Virus record (IMG/VR): IMGVR_UViG_3300025012_000046 | Span: 35,506 to 99,505 of that record | DNA length: 64,000 nt | Origin: a virus | Direction: 5' to 3' (one strand) | In this document: positions 53,963 to 63,257 of the stretch, piece after piece | Layout of the letters: every line of letters starts with the position of its first letter | How positions within the stretch are numbered: the stretch's first letter is position 1 | The notes under the pieces: generated by a model | The model's database searches: none | The model's input: the letters and a program-made list of their open reading frames with translations, nothing else | Told to the model about the DNA's origin: nothing | Position numbers and translations under genes: made by a program

Positions 53963-54988
53963 TTACTCTACAGTAAGCTCTTTAGTTGTATTTTCCAGAC
54001 TTTCCAGAAGGGACTTGAAACTCTCAGATGTTTCTGTATCATCATTCTTAGCGTCTTCGATTGCCTGACGCTTTTCTTTAATTTCATCTTCAGAGAAGCC
54101 TTTAGCCTCATCTACAGTGACACTAAGCTCCTCTGCAAGTGCTTCAAACTCTTTTTCCTTTGCTTCGGCAACAACACGCTCAGTTTCTTGTTTCTCAGCG
54201 TCGGCCTTAGCAGCTTCGATCATCTTCAACTCTGCTTTAACAATTGCAGCAATGAACTGTTTAATATCTACGTCAACAGTTTCGTCTAGTTTCTCTTGAA
54301 GGCCAAGAGACTCAAGCTTTGCTACATCTTCGGCAGAGAGGGTATCCCTGAATTTTACCTTCATGTCGGTATCCTCTTCTTGATTTTGATTTTTATTTTC
54401 AGTTGATTGTGAAAAATTTTCTTGTGCTCCTAGTTCGCCACCGTATATTCCGTTGCCATCTAGTGACTTTATAATTGAGAAGCCTGACTCAGTGTTACAC
54501 GGCAGGGCCACCAAACTAACTTCAAAAAGTAGCGCTTTGGTGATAAACCAAACATCACGCTGTCCTATCTTTTTCCATTCTCCGGCAACTGTCCTGAAGC
54601 CCACTGAGAAGTATGAAACCAAGCCCTTGGAAACTTTATACCAGTCTTTCTCTTCCATAGCTTGTTTGTGTACTTCAGCCTCAATCTCCAAACCTTCGTC
54701 TTTTTTAGTAGCTTTAGTACCCTTGCCACACGTATAATTTCTATTATGCTGCCAAAGAAGTTGCGGATTTTTGTTCCACAGTTTCAGATCAAAACCGTTA
54801 GGAACTATAACATCTCCTACTAAGTCAACGAACGCTCCCATTCCTTCTTCGTCCATAGTGCCGCAGTAGTTAGCCCAACCCTTAATCTTTATAATATCTT
54901 CTGAGTCACTATCTTCCTTCATACTAAAAGGAACATATACTTTAAACTCTTTAGTTTCCATTTCTTCTTTTTTAGTTTTTGCCATCAC
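53963..54988 (-). CDS. Prohead maturation protease (HK97 family)
   Basis: IKGWAN, D..GDVI, LLWQHN, FSVGF, LFEVSLVALPCN. Confidence 0.92.
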   Translation of the reverse strand: MMAKTKKEEMETKEFKVYVPFSMKEDSDSEDIIKIKGWANYCGTMDEEGMGAFVDLVGDVIVPNGFDLKLWNKNPQLLWQHNRNYTCGKGTKATKKDEGLEIEAEVHKQAMEEKDWYKVSKGLVSYFSVGFRTVAGEWKKIGQRDVWFITKALLFEVSLVALPCNTESGFSIIKSLDGNGIYGGELGAQENFSQSTENKNQNQEEDTDMKVKFRDTLSAEDVAKLESLGLQEKLDETVDVDIKQFIAAIVKAELKMIEAAKADAEKQETERVVAEAKEKEFEALAEELSVTVDEAKGFSEDEIKEKRQAIEDAKNDDTETSESFKSLLESLENTTKELTVE

Positions 54989-55025
54989 AGTATCCTTTAC
55001 TTTGTAAGGCTTAAAATTACTGCCT

Positions 55026-55070
55026 CTATTATATTTATATACACAAAAGTAGCAAAAATTATTAATTTTT
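55026..55070 (-). promoter_or_regulatory. Putative late promoter element, copy 3
   Basis: Same palindrome, 14 bp, TATAAATA; upstream of the protease and capsid genes. Confidence 0.75.
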
Positions 55071-55094
55071 TATTGAAAAAATTGAAAATATTTT

Positions 55095-55810
55095 TTAAGC
55101 TGCTAGTTTAATTCCATGTTCGCTTAGCTTTTCTTCAATAAAGTTGAGTAGTTGTAGTAAATAAGCTTCTCTTTCTGGAGTAATAAAATTTATCTTAGTT
55201 TCGTAGGTGATTGGGTCTTTTGCGTTCTTACTTATGTTGCAATTCTGACATAGTATTTGTATGTTTTCTGGCCCATTATACTTATACTTACTCTTTGGGT
55301 ATATATGGTCTACGTGGCCCTTGGCTCCTTTTTTAGAAAAGACATAACCACAATATACACACTTACCTGATTGCTTTTTATAGGCTTCGTGTATATCCTG
55401 CCCAGTTATTACACCTATAAAGTTTTCCTTGTTAGCTAGTTCTTTATTATTATACGCTATACGTGCTTCTCTATTTTCTTGGTAATATTCTCGCTGTCTT
55501 TTATTACGTTCTGGTTTTGTTTTATGCCAATATTTATTGTTACGTTCATTTATCCAGTCTTTGTTCTTTTCGTGATACTCTTTTTGCTCAGCTAAACGTC
55601 TCTCTTTATTGTTAGCGTAGAATTTTCTGTCAGACCTACGCTCAACTTCAGGATTCTCTTTTCTATACTCCACCTTCTTAGCGTATTCACATACTTTACA
55701 TATGTAGTAGGTATATTATTTTTAACTCTATAATCTTCTACAGGTTTATTTTCACCACAACAATTACATATTTTCTTTCCATCAATTACTTTATTTATAA
55801 TTCTACTCAA
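55095..55810 (-). pseudogene. HNH homing endonuclease, frameshifted near 55702
   Basis: KICNCCGENKP..; adding one base restores CKVCE joined to YRKENPE..CVYCG..HVDHIYP..NIQILCQNCNISK. Confidence 0.8.
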
Positions 55811-55818
55811 TGTTGTAA

Positions 55819-57270
55819 TTACTCCATCTCTCTGAGATATTTAGTTAGTTCTTTTAACTTATTAACTGAATCATACATAACGTAATCAATTTCCTTTTTA
55901 GGTTTAGCAGCAGGGTTGCCACTAGGAGTAGCCGCAGGTTTAGGTGCATTACTTCCTGCCCCTTGTTCACCTACAGACTCAAGTGGCAATAGCGCGTTTC
56001 CAAAAAAACTGTTAGAAATCAATAACTTATCAGCATTAGGATCAGATTCTTTAGGCTGACCGATAATACTTCTTGCCTCATTAGGCTTAAGAACTGAACA
56101 CCCCATAAGTGTCTCTATGTATTTAGCAACTTGAACTTTATCATCTGCCAAAGCTGGAACTGATGTTAAGTCAAAAGTAAAATATGCCTTTCCTCCACCA
56201 AAAACTACGTCTCTAAGTCCTTTGTTTATTGCTGTTTCAATTCTCTTTATCCTGGGAACTAGCGCTCCACGCCACCAAGCAGTTAATGCGGCTTTTCCTT
56301 CCTCGCCACCAGCCTCAGTTAAGTCACCTAGAACTATAGCAGGGGTTCTGTACAAATTAAGAATATCTGAAGTGCTAAGCTCCTTTAATGCTTTAACGTC
56401 AAGGTCTTTTAATCCAGACGCAATAGGTACATACTTCAGACCGCCTTGCAAAATAGCTGTTTTATAAGCATTATTTGTTCCTTGGTGTAATCTAGTCCAC
56501 TCACTTCTAAGCTTATTAAGTATAGTCTCACTAACTGTATTTTCAGTTTGAAGTACACCAAGTGGAACAGCACCATTAGAAAAGAAAGCGTTAGCGTAAG
56601 TTAACCTGTTATTCTCCAGAGACAATACTTTCGTTGCGGCTTTTAACGGACTTGCACCGAAATACGGGTCTTCTGGGTCTGAATACCTGATATGTATTAT
56701 TTCTTCGGGCTTATATGGTGTCTGATTACCATTTATGTAGTACCTATACTCTTTAACTTTTATTTTAGCATCAGGTATAATAGCAACGTTAGGTGTCTGT
56801 AATACGTAAAGTTCAAGTGGTGAGCCTTTTTCTATTGCGATAAAACAGTTTCCAAACAAATCTAAGTTAATACATATCTTTTCTAAAAACTCCTGTGACC
56901 CTTCATACGGATTAGGAGTTCTAAACACGTTATGAAAGTCATGTTTAGTATCTTCTACCTTCTCTCCACCCTTTACTTTGTATACCTTTATATCAAGAGA
57001 AGAAATAGCGTCAGCAATAGCGGTAACTACGCCACGGACCACTGGATAACTATTGAACGCATTAAGTGGTGCTTTATAGTTCTCAGTTGGAGGCAGCCCA
57101 GAGGCGTATTTAGTTCTACCAATACCTTGGTAGTTTACATCACTTGAGCGGTCAGCTTTTTCACTTAAGTCTATTGGTTGAGACGACTTTTGTGAAAATA
57201 TTACGTCTAAATCTGGAGCTACTTCAGGCACACTATCTTTAAACCAAAAATCTTTACTAAATATATTCAT
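55819..57270 (-). CDS. Portal protein (HK97 family)
   Basis: PNPYEG, L.GNCFI, EEIIHIR, G.SPL, FFSNGAVPLGVL, PNEAR. Confidence 0.93.
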   Translation of the reverse strand: MNIFSKDFWFKDSVPEVAPDLDVIFSQKSSQPIDLSEKADRSSDVNYQGIGRTKYASGLPPTENYKAPLNAFNSYPVVRGVVTAIADAISSLDIKVYKVKGGEKVEDTKHDFHNVFRTPNPYEGSQEFLEKICINLDLFGNCFIAIEKGSPLELYVLQTPNVAIIPDAKIKVKEYRYYINGNQTPYKPEEIIHIRYSDPEDPYFGASPLKAATKVLSLENNRLTYANAFFSNGAVPLGVLQTENTVSETILNKLRSEWTRLHQGTNNAYKTAILQGGLKYVPIASGLKDLDVKALKELSTSDILNLYRTPAIVLGDLTEAGGEEGKAALTAWWRGALVPRIKRIETAINKGLRDVVFGGGKAYFTFDLTSVPALADDKVQVAKYIETLMGCSVLKPNEARSIIGQPKESDPNADKLLISNSFFGNALLPLESVGEQGAGSNAPKPAATPSGNPAAKPKKEIDYVMYDSVNKLKELTKYLREME

Positions 57271-57296
57271 TTAAGTTTCCTCGTAGAAACATTTAT

Positions 57297-58820
57297 TTAC
57301 ATTTTTACGTAACCAGCCTCGTACATAGCCATTTCGTCTGCGGTCAGATCGTAATCTTTATCTGCGGCTGAGTTGAAGATGTTTACAGCTATACGTTGAT
57401 TTTTACCGTAAGAATATAGGCCGTACCTAGCAGCGTCGGCGCAGTCCCAGTCGGATTTGCGGTCTAGGTCAGCACACCAAGGCTTTGCCCCTTTTGAATT
57501 ACTACTTTCCATAGTAACTTTTGCTTGATTCTCTTTCCACTTCACAGTTAATAATTGTCTTATAGTTTCTGGGCACCTATCCTCAAGCACTATCAACTTT
57601 GACTCACCAGTAGCCTCTGACTTCTGGTAACACAAGCTATTTAGAAACTGTACTGTTTCGCGCATATTCTTTTCAGAGCTATTATAGTAAAAGCCATGCT
57701 CAGCTAAGTCAGCTATACTTTGTGCTGCCGCAGGGTCTGCGTACCGCAGGTCCGGTTCTCTGTCAACAAACTCATTTTCTAGTTCTGCCATATTTACAGC
57801 ATGTTGCGGTGTAGTGGTTTTATTTTTATTGTACTCTGCAAAGAATATATACGTGTCTATTTCTTCTACGTAAACAAAATAAAGAGAACTAGTATAATGG
57901 TTAAACCCTGTGTCCAGCGTATTTACTACTATATTATGCCGTATCCACGTTTCAAGGTGAGGATAGTATTCTGAGTTCCTTACGTTATTTTCGTGACTAA
58001 ATTCATAGAATACCCTACCAGCCCCCGCTGTAAACAATCCAAGTATTTCCTGTTCGAAAACATCAGGTGGTAGTGTTCTTCTTGCATTCTCTATCCACGC
58101 TTTAGGTATAGTTGGGTTACATGCTGTAGGTAAATTAATAGACCAATACCTACTAAAATCTGGGTCTTTGCTTATGCCATAATTGTAGTAAGTGTTTAGC
58201 CAGCCGTCCTCTGGGCTTGAAATAAGGATGGACCTGGAATAACTACTATAATCTGCGGTCATCGGTACTAGTACTTGCTCGTACAAAGTTTTATGAAATT
58301 TCTTAGCCTCATCCAATATAAGCAAACTTACTGCGTTACCAAGTCTACTCTCTACGTTTTCCACTGAAGCTACTGTTAATCTAGCCCCATTAGCAAGTTC
58401 AAGTTCTCTATCTTTTTTACGGTCAACCACTATTTCTATTTTAAGCTTTACTATAATCTCTCTTATTTGCTTAAAAATAATATCGCAGTTGTCTAGTGTG
58501 TAAGAAGCAAGCAGGACGTGGCTGTACGGGATCATAAGCTCCTGCGCGCCCAGTACACTAGCAAACCAGGATTTCCCAAAACGACGACCACAAACCGCTA
58601 CAATAACATCGTAAGCATAATCAAAGTCTAAATCTATACCGTAATGTTGTGCTCTGAGTATAGTCTCTTCTCTAGGTGGAATTCTTTCCTCATAAGCATT
58701 CAATATCTCAACTTGGCCTGGATGAGGCTCTTCGCCTATCATCTTCATAAACGCAAAACTGTTTATCTTACCTTTAAATTGCAAGTATTCTTTTATTTTA
58801 GGGTTTATTATTTTATTCAT
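57297..58820 (-). CDS. terL: Terminase large subunit
   Basis: PHPGQ, Walker A GRRFGKS, Walker B LLILDEA, ISSP, nuclease DTG, DPAA, DAARY. Confidence 0.93.
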   Translation of the reverse strand: MNKIINPKIKEYLQFKGKINSFAFMKMIGEEPHPGQVEILNAYEERIPPREETILRAQHYGIDLDFDYAYDVIVAVCGRRFGKSWFASVLGAQELMIPYSHVLLASYTLDNCDIIFKQIREIIVKLKIEIVVDRKKDRELELANGARLTVASVENVESRLGNAVSLLILDEAKKFHKTLYEQVLVPMTADYSSYSRSILISSPEDGWLNTYYNYGISKDPDFSRYWSINLPTACNPTIPKAWIENARRTLPPDVFEQEILGLFTAGAGRVFYEFSHENNVRNSEYYPHLETWIRHNIVVNTLDTGFNHYTSSLYFVYVEEIDTYIFFAEYNKNKTTTPQHAVNMAELENEFVDREPDLRYADPAAAQSIADLAEHGFYYNSSEKNMRETVQFLNSLCYQKSEATGESKLIVLEDRCPETIRQLLTVKWKENQAKVTMESSNSKGAKPWCADLDRKSDWDCADAARYGLYSYGKNQRIAVNIFNSAADKDYDLTADEMAMYEAGYVKM

Positions 58821-58828
58821 AATTAAAG

Positions 58829-59692
58829 TTAAGCTGCCTTTTTAATGCTATTTATTATTTCGGTATGCTTTTCTTTCAGATATTTAAAGTACTTTTTCTC
58901 AGCTTCCCTGCGCATTGAAACTGCTTCGTCATAGTTAAGTGAAAAGCCCAAATACGTTGAAACGCCATCTACAGTTATTACGGCTTGCCAACCCTTTCCA
59001 GCTTTAGCTACGCCAAAAACCTCGCCATTTTCACATTTCTCAATTGTTTTTAATATGTTACTAGATATTCTTAGTTGCTGCATTTCCTTAGTAACAACAG
59101 GCTTAGTATATTTTCTTGGTTTATCAGATTTTCTTTTAACCTTTCCTTTATTTGCTGCACTAATTTTTCTTTTAGTTTCTTCAGTGTGTGGTCGTCCGGG
59201 CTGGCCTTTCATACGCTCACTTATTGCTTTACGTTGTTCTTCCGGCATAGGTCCGTACGTTATACCCTTGTGCCCTTCTGATATAGCTCTCACCTGTTCT
59301 GGACTTAACTTCCTTCCAGTTAAGGTTTTACTTATTTTCTGTCTTGTTTCTAGCGAAGGCTTCCATCCTTTATTACCCTCGCCACCCTCCACATAATTAG
59401 TAATTGGATGTTTTTGTTCTCTGTAATGTTTTATCCAAAACCGTTCAAAAAACTCCCACTCTTCGTGGTATTTGTAAAAAACAGGCTCAAGTATTACAAA
59501 CTCAGGGCGTACTCCTTCAGATAGTAGTTTTAAAATCCAATTATTTTTATATGATTTTCTTTTGCCAGCTTTTGCTTCTTTTATGTGATCTTTCAGTCTA
59601 CTGAAAGGGTCATTTGACTTTCCAACATAACGCACAACTTCAGGTTCTCTAGGATCAACCAACTTGTAAATATATGTTATTCGTTCTTTCAC
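58829..59692 (-). CDS. GIY-YIG homing endonuclease with NUMOD3 and AP2-like domains
   Basis: YIYKLVDPRE..RYVGKS; SLETRQKIS/HTEETKRKIS repeats; WQAVITVDG..YLG. Confidence 0.88.
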   Translation of the reverse strand: MKERITYIYKLVDPREPEVVRYVGKSNDPFSRLKDHIKEAKAGKRKSYKNNWILKLLSEGVRPEFVILEPVFYKYHEEWEFFERFWIKHYREQKHPITNYVEGGEGNKGWKPSLETRQKISKTLTGRKLSPEQVRAISEGHKGITYGPMPEEQRKAISERMKGQPGRPHTEETKRKISAANKGKVKRKSDKPRKYTKPVVTKEMQQLRISSNILKTIEKCENGEVFGVAKAGKGWQAVITVDGVSTYLGFSLNYDEAVSMRREAEKKYFKYLKEKHTEIINSIKKAA

Positions 59693-59707
59693 TCTTAAAT
59701 TTACTCT

Positions 59708-59784
59708 CAGTCAAAAAGTAGTCAAAATTAAGGCGGGACTGTAGGGTGACTAAATCCTACACGGCTTGCAATCCGCTGTCCCGC
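59708..59784 (-). promoter_or_regulatory. Candidate structured RNA leader of the GIY-YIG gene
   Basis: Three-way junction plus a possible loop pseudoknot (see findings). Confidence 0.5.
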
Positions 59785-59790
59785 AACCTG

Positions 59791-60231
59791 TTATTTACCT
59801 ACCTGCTCAACCTTCGTATGGTTATTAAAGTCATTTTGCATCTTATTCACTGCAAATACAAAACCAACACCAGACAGAATAAAAGCAGTAATTATACTGG
59901 CCAGTATAGTGTTACGTATAAACTTTATTTCATTCCTAGTCTCTTCTAAAGTTTTTACTCTAAGTTCCTGCTCTTGCACCTTAAGCTCTTGTATATTTAT
60001 CTTCTCACTAAGCGCATCTATTTTATGAAATAGTTCTCTATGTGTCTTAGATGCTTCTTCTAGTACTTTGTTTATATTCAATACTTGGTTCAGCGCTTGT
60101 TCTATCTTTGGAATATACTCAGATAGTTTACTGATGAACGCCTTAATGTCGTCTATCTTTCCGTCTAAGTTTTTTATCTGCTCAGCTTGCTTAAGGTGTT
60201 CGTCGCAGTGTTCCATGTATATAGACCTCAT
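59791..60231 (-). CDS. Coiled-coil protein with C-terminal TM helix (XhlA/holin-like)
   Basis: Heptad region, then ILASIITAFILSGVGFVFAV. Confidence 0.55.
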   Translation of the reverse strand: MRSIYMEHCDEHLKQAEQIKNLDGKIDDIKAFISKLSEYIPKIEQALNQVLNINKVLEEASKTHRELFHKIDALSEKINIQELKVQEQELRVKTLEETRNEIKFIRNTILASIITAFILSGVGFVFAVNKMQNDFNNHTKVEQVGK

Positions 60232-60250
60232 TGAATTAAAATAAAAGTAC

Positions 60251-60295
60251 CTACTATATTTATATACGCAAAAACAGCAAAAATTATTAATTTTT
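60251..60295 (-). promoter_or_regulatory. Putative late promoter element, copy 4
   Basis: Same palindrome, 14 bp, TATAAATA; upstream of the terminase-portal block. Confidence 0.75.
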
Positions 60296-61039
60296 ATTCC
60301 ATATTTTTTTCTTGTAGTTATACTTTTCTTCGTCTAGTACCCAATCTTTAATGCTAAGTTCTGGATTATTATACGGAAATATGTATTTTTCGTCTCCTGG
60401 TGTCCCGCCCCACTTACTTACAAAGTAGTCACCATTCATAAAAAAGTTATTATTGTTAGCTGAGCCATAGTTCTCATCAATTCGTATTGTGGCTGAGCCG
60501 TAATGTTCAAACTTAGTTTGATCACCTACGTAATCCCACTTAATTCCAGATAAAAGTACGCGGTAATGATAGTCGTTGTCTTCCCAGTAGCAGGGGATAT
60601 ACGACAGGTCAAAGTCACCAACTACTTCATAGCATTTTTTAGTTATACACCAACAGTTCCAACTATACTCTCTGGTAACAGCAAAGTCTAGACCTTGACT
60701 TTCAATTTCATTTATAAAACCAACTAAAAAGTCATCCCTAAATTCTGTGTCAGAACCAACCACTACCAGCGCGTCAATGTCTTCGTTATCTTCAAAGGCT
60801 ACTTGTAGCAGCCTGTTCCAACTCCCAGAGCAACCATAGTGGTCACTGTCTCCGAAACCACCAACGCCAATCTCATTAAAAACTTCACGCTCTATTACAT
60901 CTTTAAACACTTCTTCCCACTTATATCCATCAAAGTAAACTAGCCTGTCCACCAAAAAATCCAGTTTAGGCCAGCTTCTGATACACTTCTCTAAAAGTTT
61001 AGGATTACTAAACGCGGCTGTTGCTAGTAAATATCTCAC
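60287..61039 (-). CDS. Glycosyltransferase, GT-A fold (GT2-like)
   Basis: GCSGSWN, GSDTE, VGDFD..YWEDNDY..R, H.GSAT. Confidence 0.85.
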   Translation of the reverse strand: MRYLLATAAFSNPKLLEKCIRSWPKLDFLVDRLVYFDGYKWEEVFKDVIEREVFNEIGVGGFGDSDHYGCSGSWNRLLQVAFEDNEDIDALVVVGSDTEFRDDFLVGFINEIESQGLDFAVTREYSWNCWCITKKCYEVVGDFDLSYIPCYWEDNDYHYRVLLSGIKWDYVGDQTKFEHYGSATIRIDENYGSANNNNFFMNGDYFVSKWGGTPGDEKYIFPYNNPELSIKDWVLDEEKYNYKKKIWNKN

Positions 61040-61761
61040 TAAAACACCTCTGGGTCATTTTCATGTGCTTTGCATTCCGCTACTATTTGTTCTTCAGTTA
61101 TACGGTGATGCTGAATGGTTAGTCCTTTGTTTAAGTTTGACTGTGACTGTCGTTCTTTCCTGTTCTTAATCCTACGCTCTATCACATAAGAAGGATCGGC
61201 CATACTCCAATGAGCACCTTCATAACCCCATCCAAAGTAGTTTTCATAATGCGCGAAGTGTTTGTCGCCCAGCCAGCACTCATGTATACCAAGACCCCAA
61301 CTAAAATTGTCCATTCTACCAAATACTACGTTAGGCTTTATGTACATAGGATCAAGATAACCATGTACACGTTGGTTCTTAATAGGCTTATTTATATCTA
61401 AATCTACGTCTGTATAGTGCCTAAAAACATTATAAAGCCTAGTAAACGTGACAGGATTTTCGTCTAGCGCGTATTGGTAGTTAAATATAAATTCATCAGA
61501 ATCCACTAAAATACACCTATCTGCGTCAACTTTTTTATAGAACGCATTGAAATGCGCAGTCTTTAGTATATCGTCCATTCCGTCAGGAAATGTGTATTCG
61601 TAAACTTTCACATTATTATATCTTTCGACTATTTCAAGTGTTTTGTCGTTAGTATCCGAATCAAGGAACAAGTGTATTTTATCTACATATTTGTAATGAT
61701 TTAAAAAGAAAGGAGCAAGAAACTCCTCGTTGTACCACATGGTCATAATTTGCGTGTTCAT
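61039..61761 (-). CDS. Glycosyltransferase, GT2-like
   Basis: YNEEFLAPFFLNHY, DSDTNDKT, VDSDEF, GIH. Confidence 0.82.
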   Translation of the reverse strand: MNTQIMTMWYNEEFLAPFFLNHYKYVDKIHLFLDSDTNDKTLEIVERYNNVKVYEYTFPDGMDDILKTAHFNAFYKKVDADRCILVDSDEFIFNYQYALDENPVTFTRLYNVFRHYTDVDLDINKPIKNQRVHGYLDPMYIKPNVVFGRMDNFSWGLGIHECWLGDKHFAHYENYFGWGYEGAHWSMADPSYVIERRIKNRKERQSQSNLNKGLTIQHHRITEEQIVAECKAHENDPEVF

Positions 61762-61762
61762 G

Positions 61763-62308
61763 TTAGCCTTTATATTTTACCCAACTAAAGTCACAAAATG
61801 TTTTGTCAGGGCCATTAAAAAAGAATTCATCTACTGCCTGTGTTATACCGCCGTAGCAACTATTATAATCATGGCCGCCAATAATTCCCCCAACTTTTAC
61901 TTTTGGCCAGTATAACTCTAACTCGCCCTTAACATGCCCATACTCGTGGCAACTGTCTATATAAATAAAGTCTAAGCTATTATCAGAAAACTTATCATAA
62001 ACTTCTAGTGAATTTCCTTTTACTTTTTCTACTTTTCCGTCAACCACCCAGTCAAACATATTGGTGTCAAAAGTTTTCTCAACATCTTCCAGGTCGTACT
62101 GGACAGTAGTTATATCATTTTTATCTAACCCGTTTTGCCATGCGTCTACTGCATACAACTTATTTATTTTTAAGCTTGACATGAACATTGTGGTGCTTTC
62201 TCCAGCAAAGCACCCAATCTCTACCATAGTTATACTAGTAGGCAGCAGTTTAATAAGATCATACAAACCATCTCGCATACAGCCGCTAGGCCTCATCACA
62301 TCTATCAC
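61763..62308 (-). CDS. Class I SAM-dependent methyltransferase (Methyltransf_24-like)
   Basis: VEIGCFAGEST, VDAW, DFIYIDSCHEY, GGIIGGHDY. Confidence 0.9.
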   Translation of the reverse strand: MIDVMRPSGCMRDGLYDLIKLLPTSITMVEIGCFAGESTTMFMSSLKINKLYAVDAWQNGLDKNDITTVQYDLEDVEKTFDTNMFDWVVDGKVEKVKGNSLEVYDKFSDNSLDFIYIDSCHEYGHVKGELELYWPKVKVGGIIGGHDYNSCYGGITQAVDEFFFNGPDKTFCDFSWVKYKG

Positions 62309-63189
62309 AATTCCCCCTTAAACCCTAAACCCTCACCACAAGTAGTATCGTCTGCAATATCTCCGCGATAATTACCAGGAGTCCAGTTGGGTATAGCTTG
62401 TTTTATTTCGTCTAAAGTTATTTTTCTATCAAACAGTTCCACGTCTGACTCAGACAGTTTGTTAAGACCCTTATCCTTAAACATTTGAAGTAAATTTGGC
62501 GTAAATTTCTCAGTTTTCTTTTTTATAAGCTCACGCTCCATAGGAATAGCCATACCACACAAACCACACAACTTGCGTACTTGCTTTTCATATGTTTCTG
62601 GTTCTACCTTCCACCAACCGTCAACCACAGGCCAAGCGTTAGCGCCATCAAAAAAAATGTAGTCTAGTGCTGCTCCGACTTCACACCAATACGCTCCGTA
62701 GGCATTGACCGTTCCACACCACTGTTCATCTACCCAACAGTTATTGATAAGTGTATTCCTAAGCTCCTCGTCATCTATTACTTCATCAATAGCAACAGTT
62801 AGTGGTTGGTGCTTACAAGTGTTCTCTTGAAACTCGTTATGCTCGTTATACGCGATAAAACTAAACGTTTCATCTATAACTGGTAAGTACTCTCTGTATT
62901 TAGGCCCACCTGAAGTCCACAGGTAGCACTTCTCTTTTGGAAACTTTTTTCTAAGTATTTCACAAAACTCTATAAAATTTGGATGTAGTACTGGCTCTCC
63001 ACCTATAATGCCTATTATGTTAGGCCAGTCTTTCAGCGTATCAGTGGCAGTCTCAAACTGCTCTATAGTCATGTGCTTACGCTGATCTTTTCTTAGGTGT
63101 CTATTGTACCGTGAACAGTAGAGGCAGCTATGCCCACAATAATTCGTGATATCCAGCTGCATTGTCCATTTTTCTTTAATGATTTTCAT
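62305..63189 (-). CDS. Radical SAM protein with extra C-terminal Cys (SPASM/twitch-like)
   Basis: ITNYCGHSCLYC (CxxxCxxC), GGEPVLHP, later CW..WC..YWCE..CGLCG. Confidence 0.88.
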   Translation of the reverse strand: MKIIKEKWTMQLDITNYCGHSCLYCSRYNRHLRKDQRKHMTIEQFETATDTLKDWPNIIGIIGGEPVLHPNFIEFCEILRKKFPKEKCYLWTSGGPKYREYLPVIDETFSFIAYNEHNEFQENTCKHQPLTVAIDEVIDDEELRNTLINNCWVDEQWCGTVNAYGAYWCEVGAALDYIFFDGANAWPVVDGWWKVEPETYEKQVRKLCGLCGMAIPMERELIKKKTEKFTPNLLQMFKDKGLNKLSESDVELFDRKITLDEIKQAIPNWTPGNYRGDIADDTTCGEGLGFKGEL

Positions 63190-63257
63190 AACTTACAAAC
63201 ACCTCAAATAAAAGTCGATAAGCATTAAAATTGTTGTTACATAGTCATACTGCCACG

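Noticed and set aside
32225-60295. Archaeal TATA box (TTTATATA on the + strand) implying an archaeal virus
   Set aside because: It points away from the adjacent genes; sigma70 promoters, lipoboxes and a peptidoglycan endolysin indicate a bacterial host.
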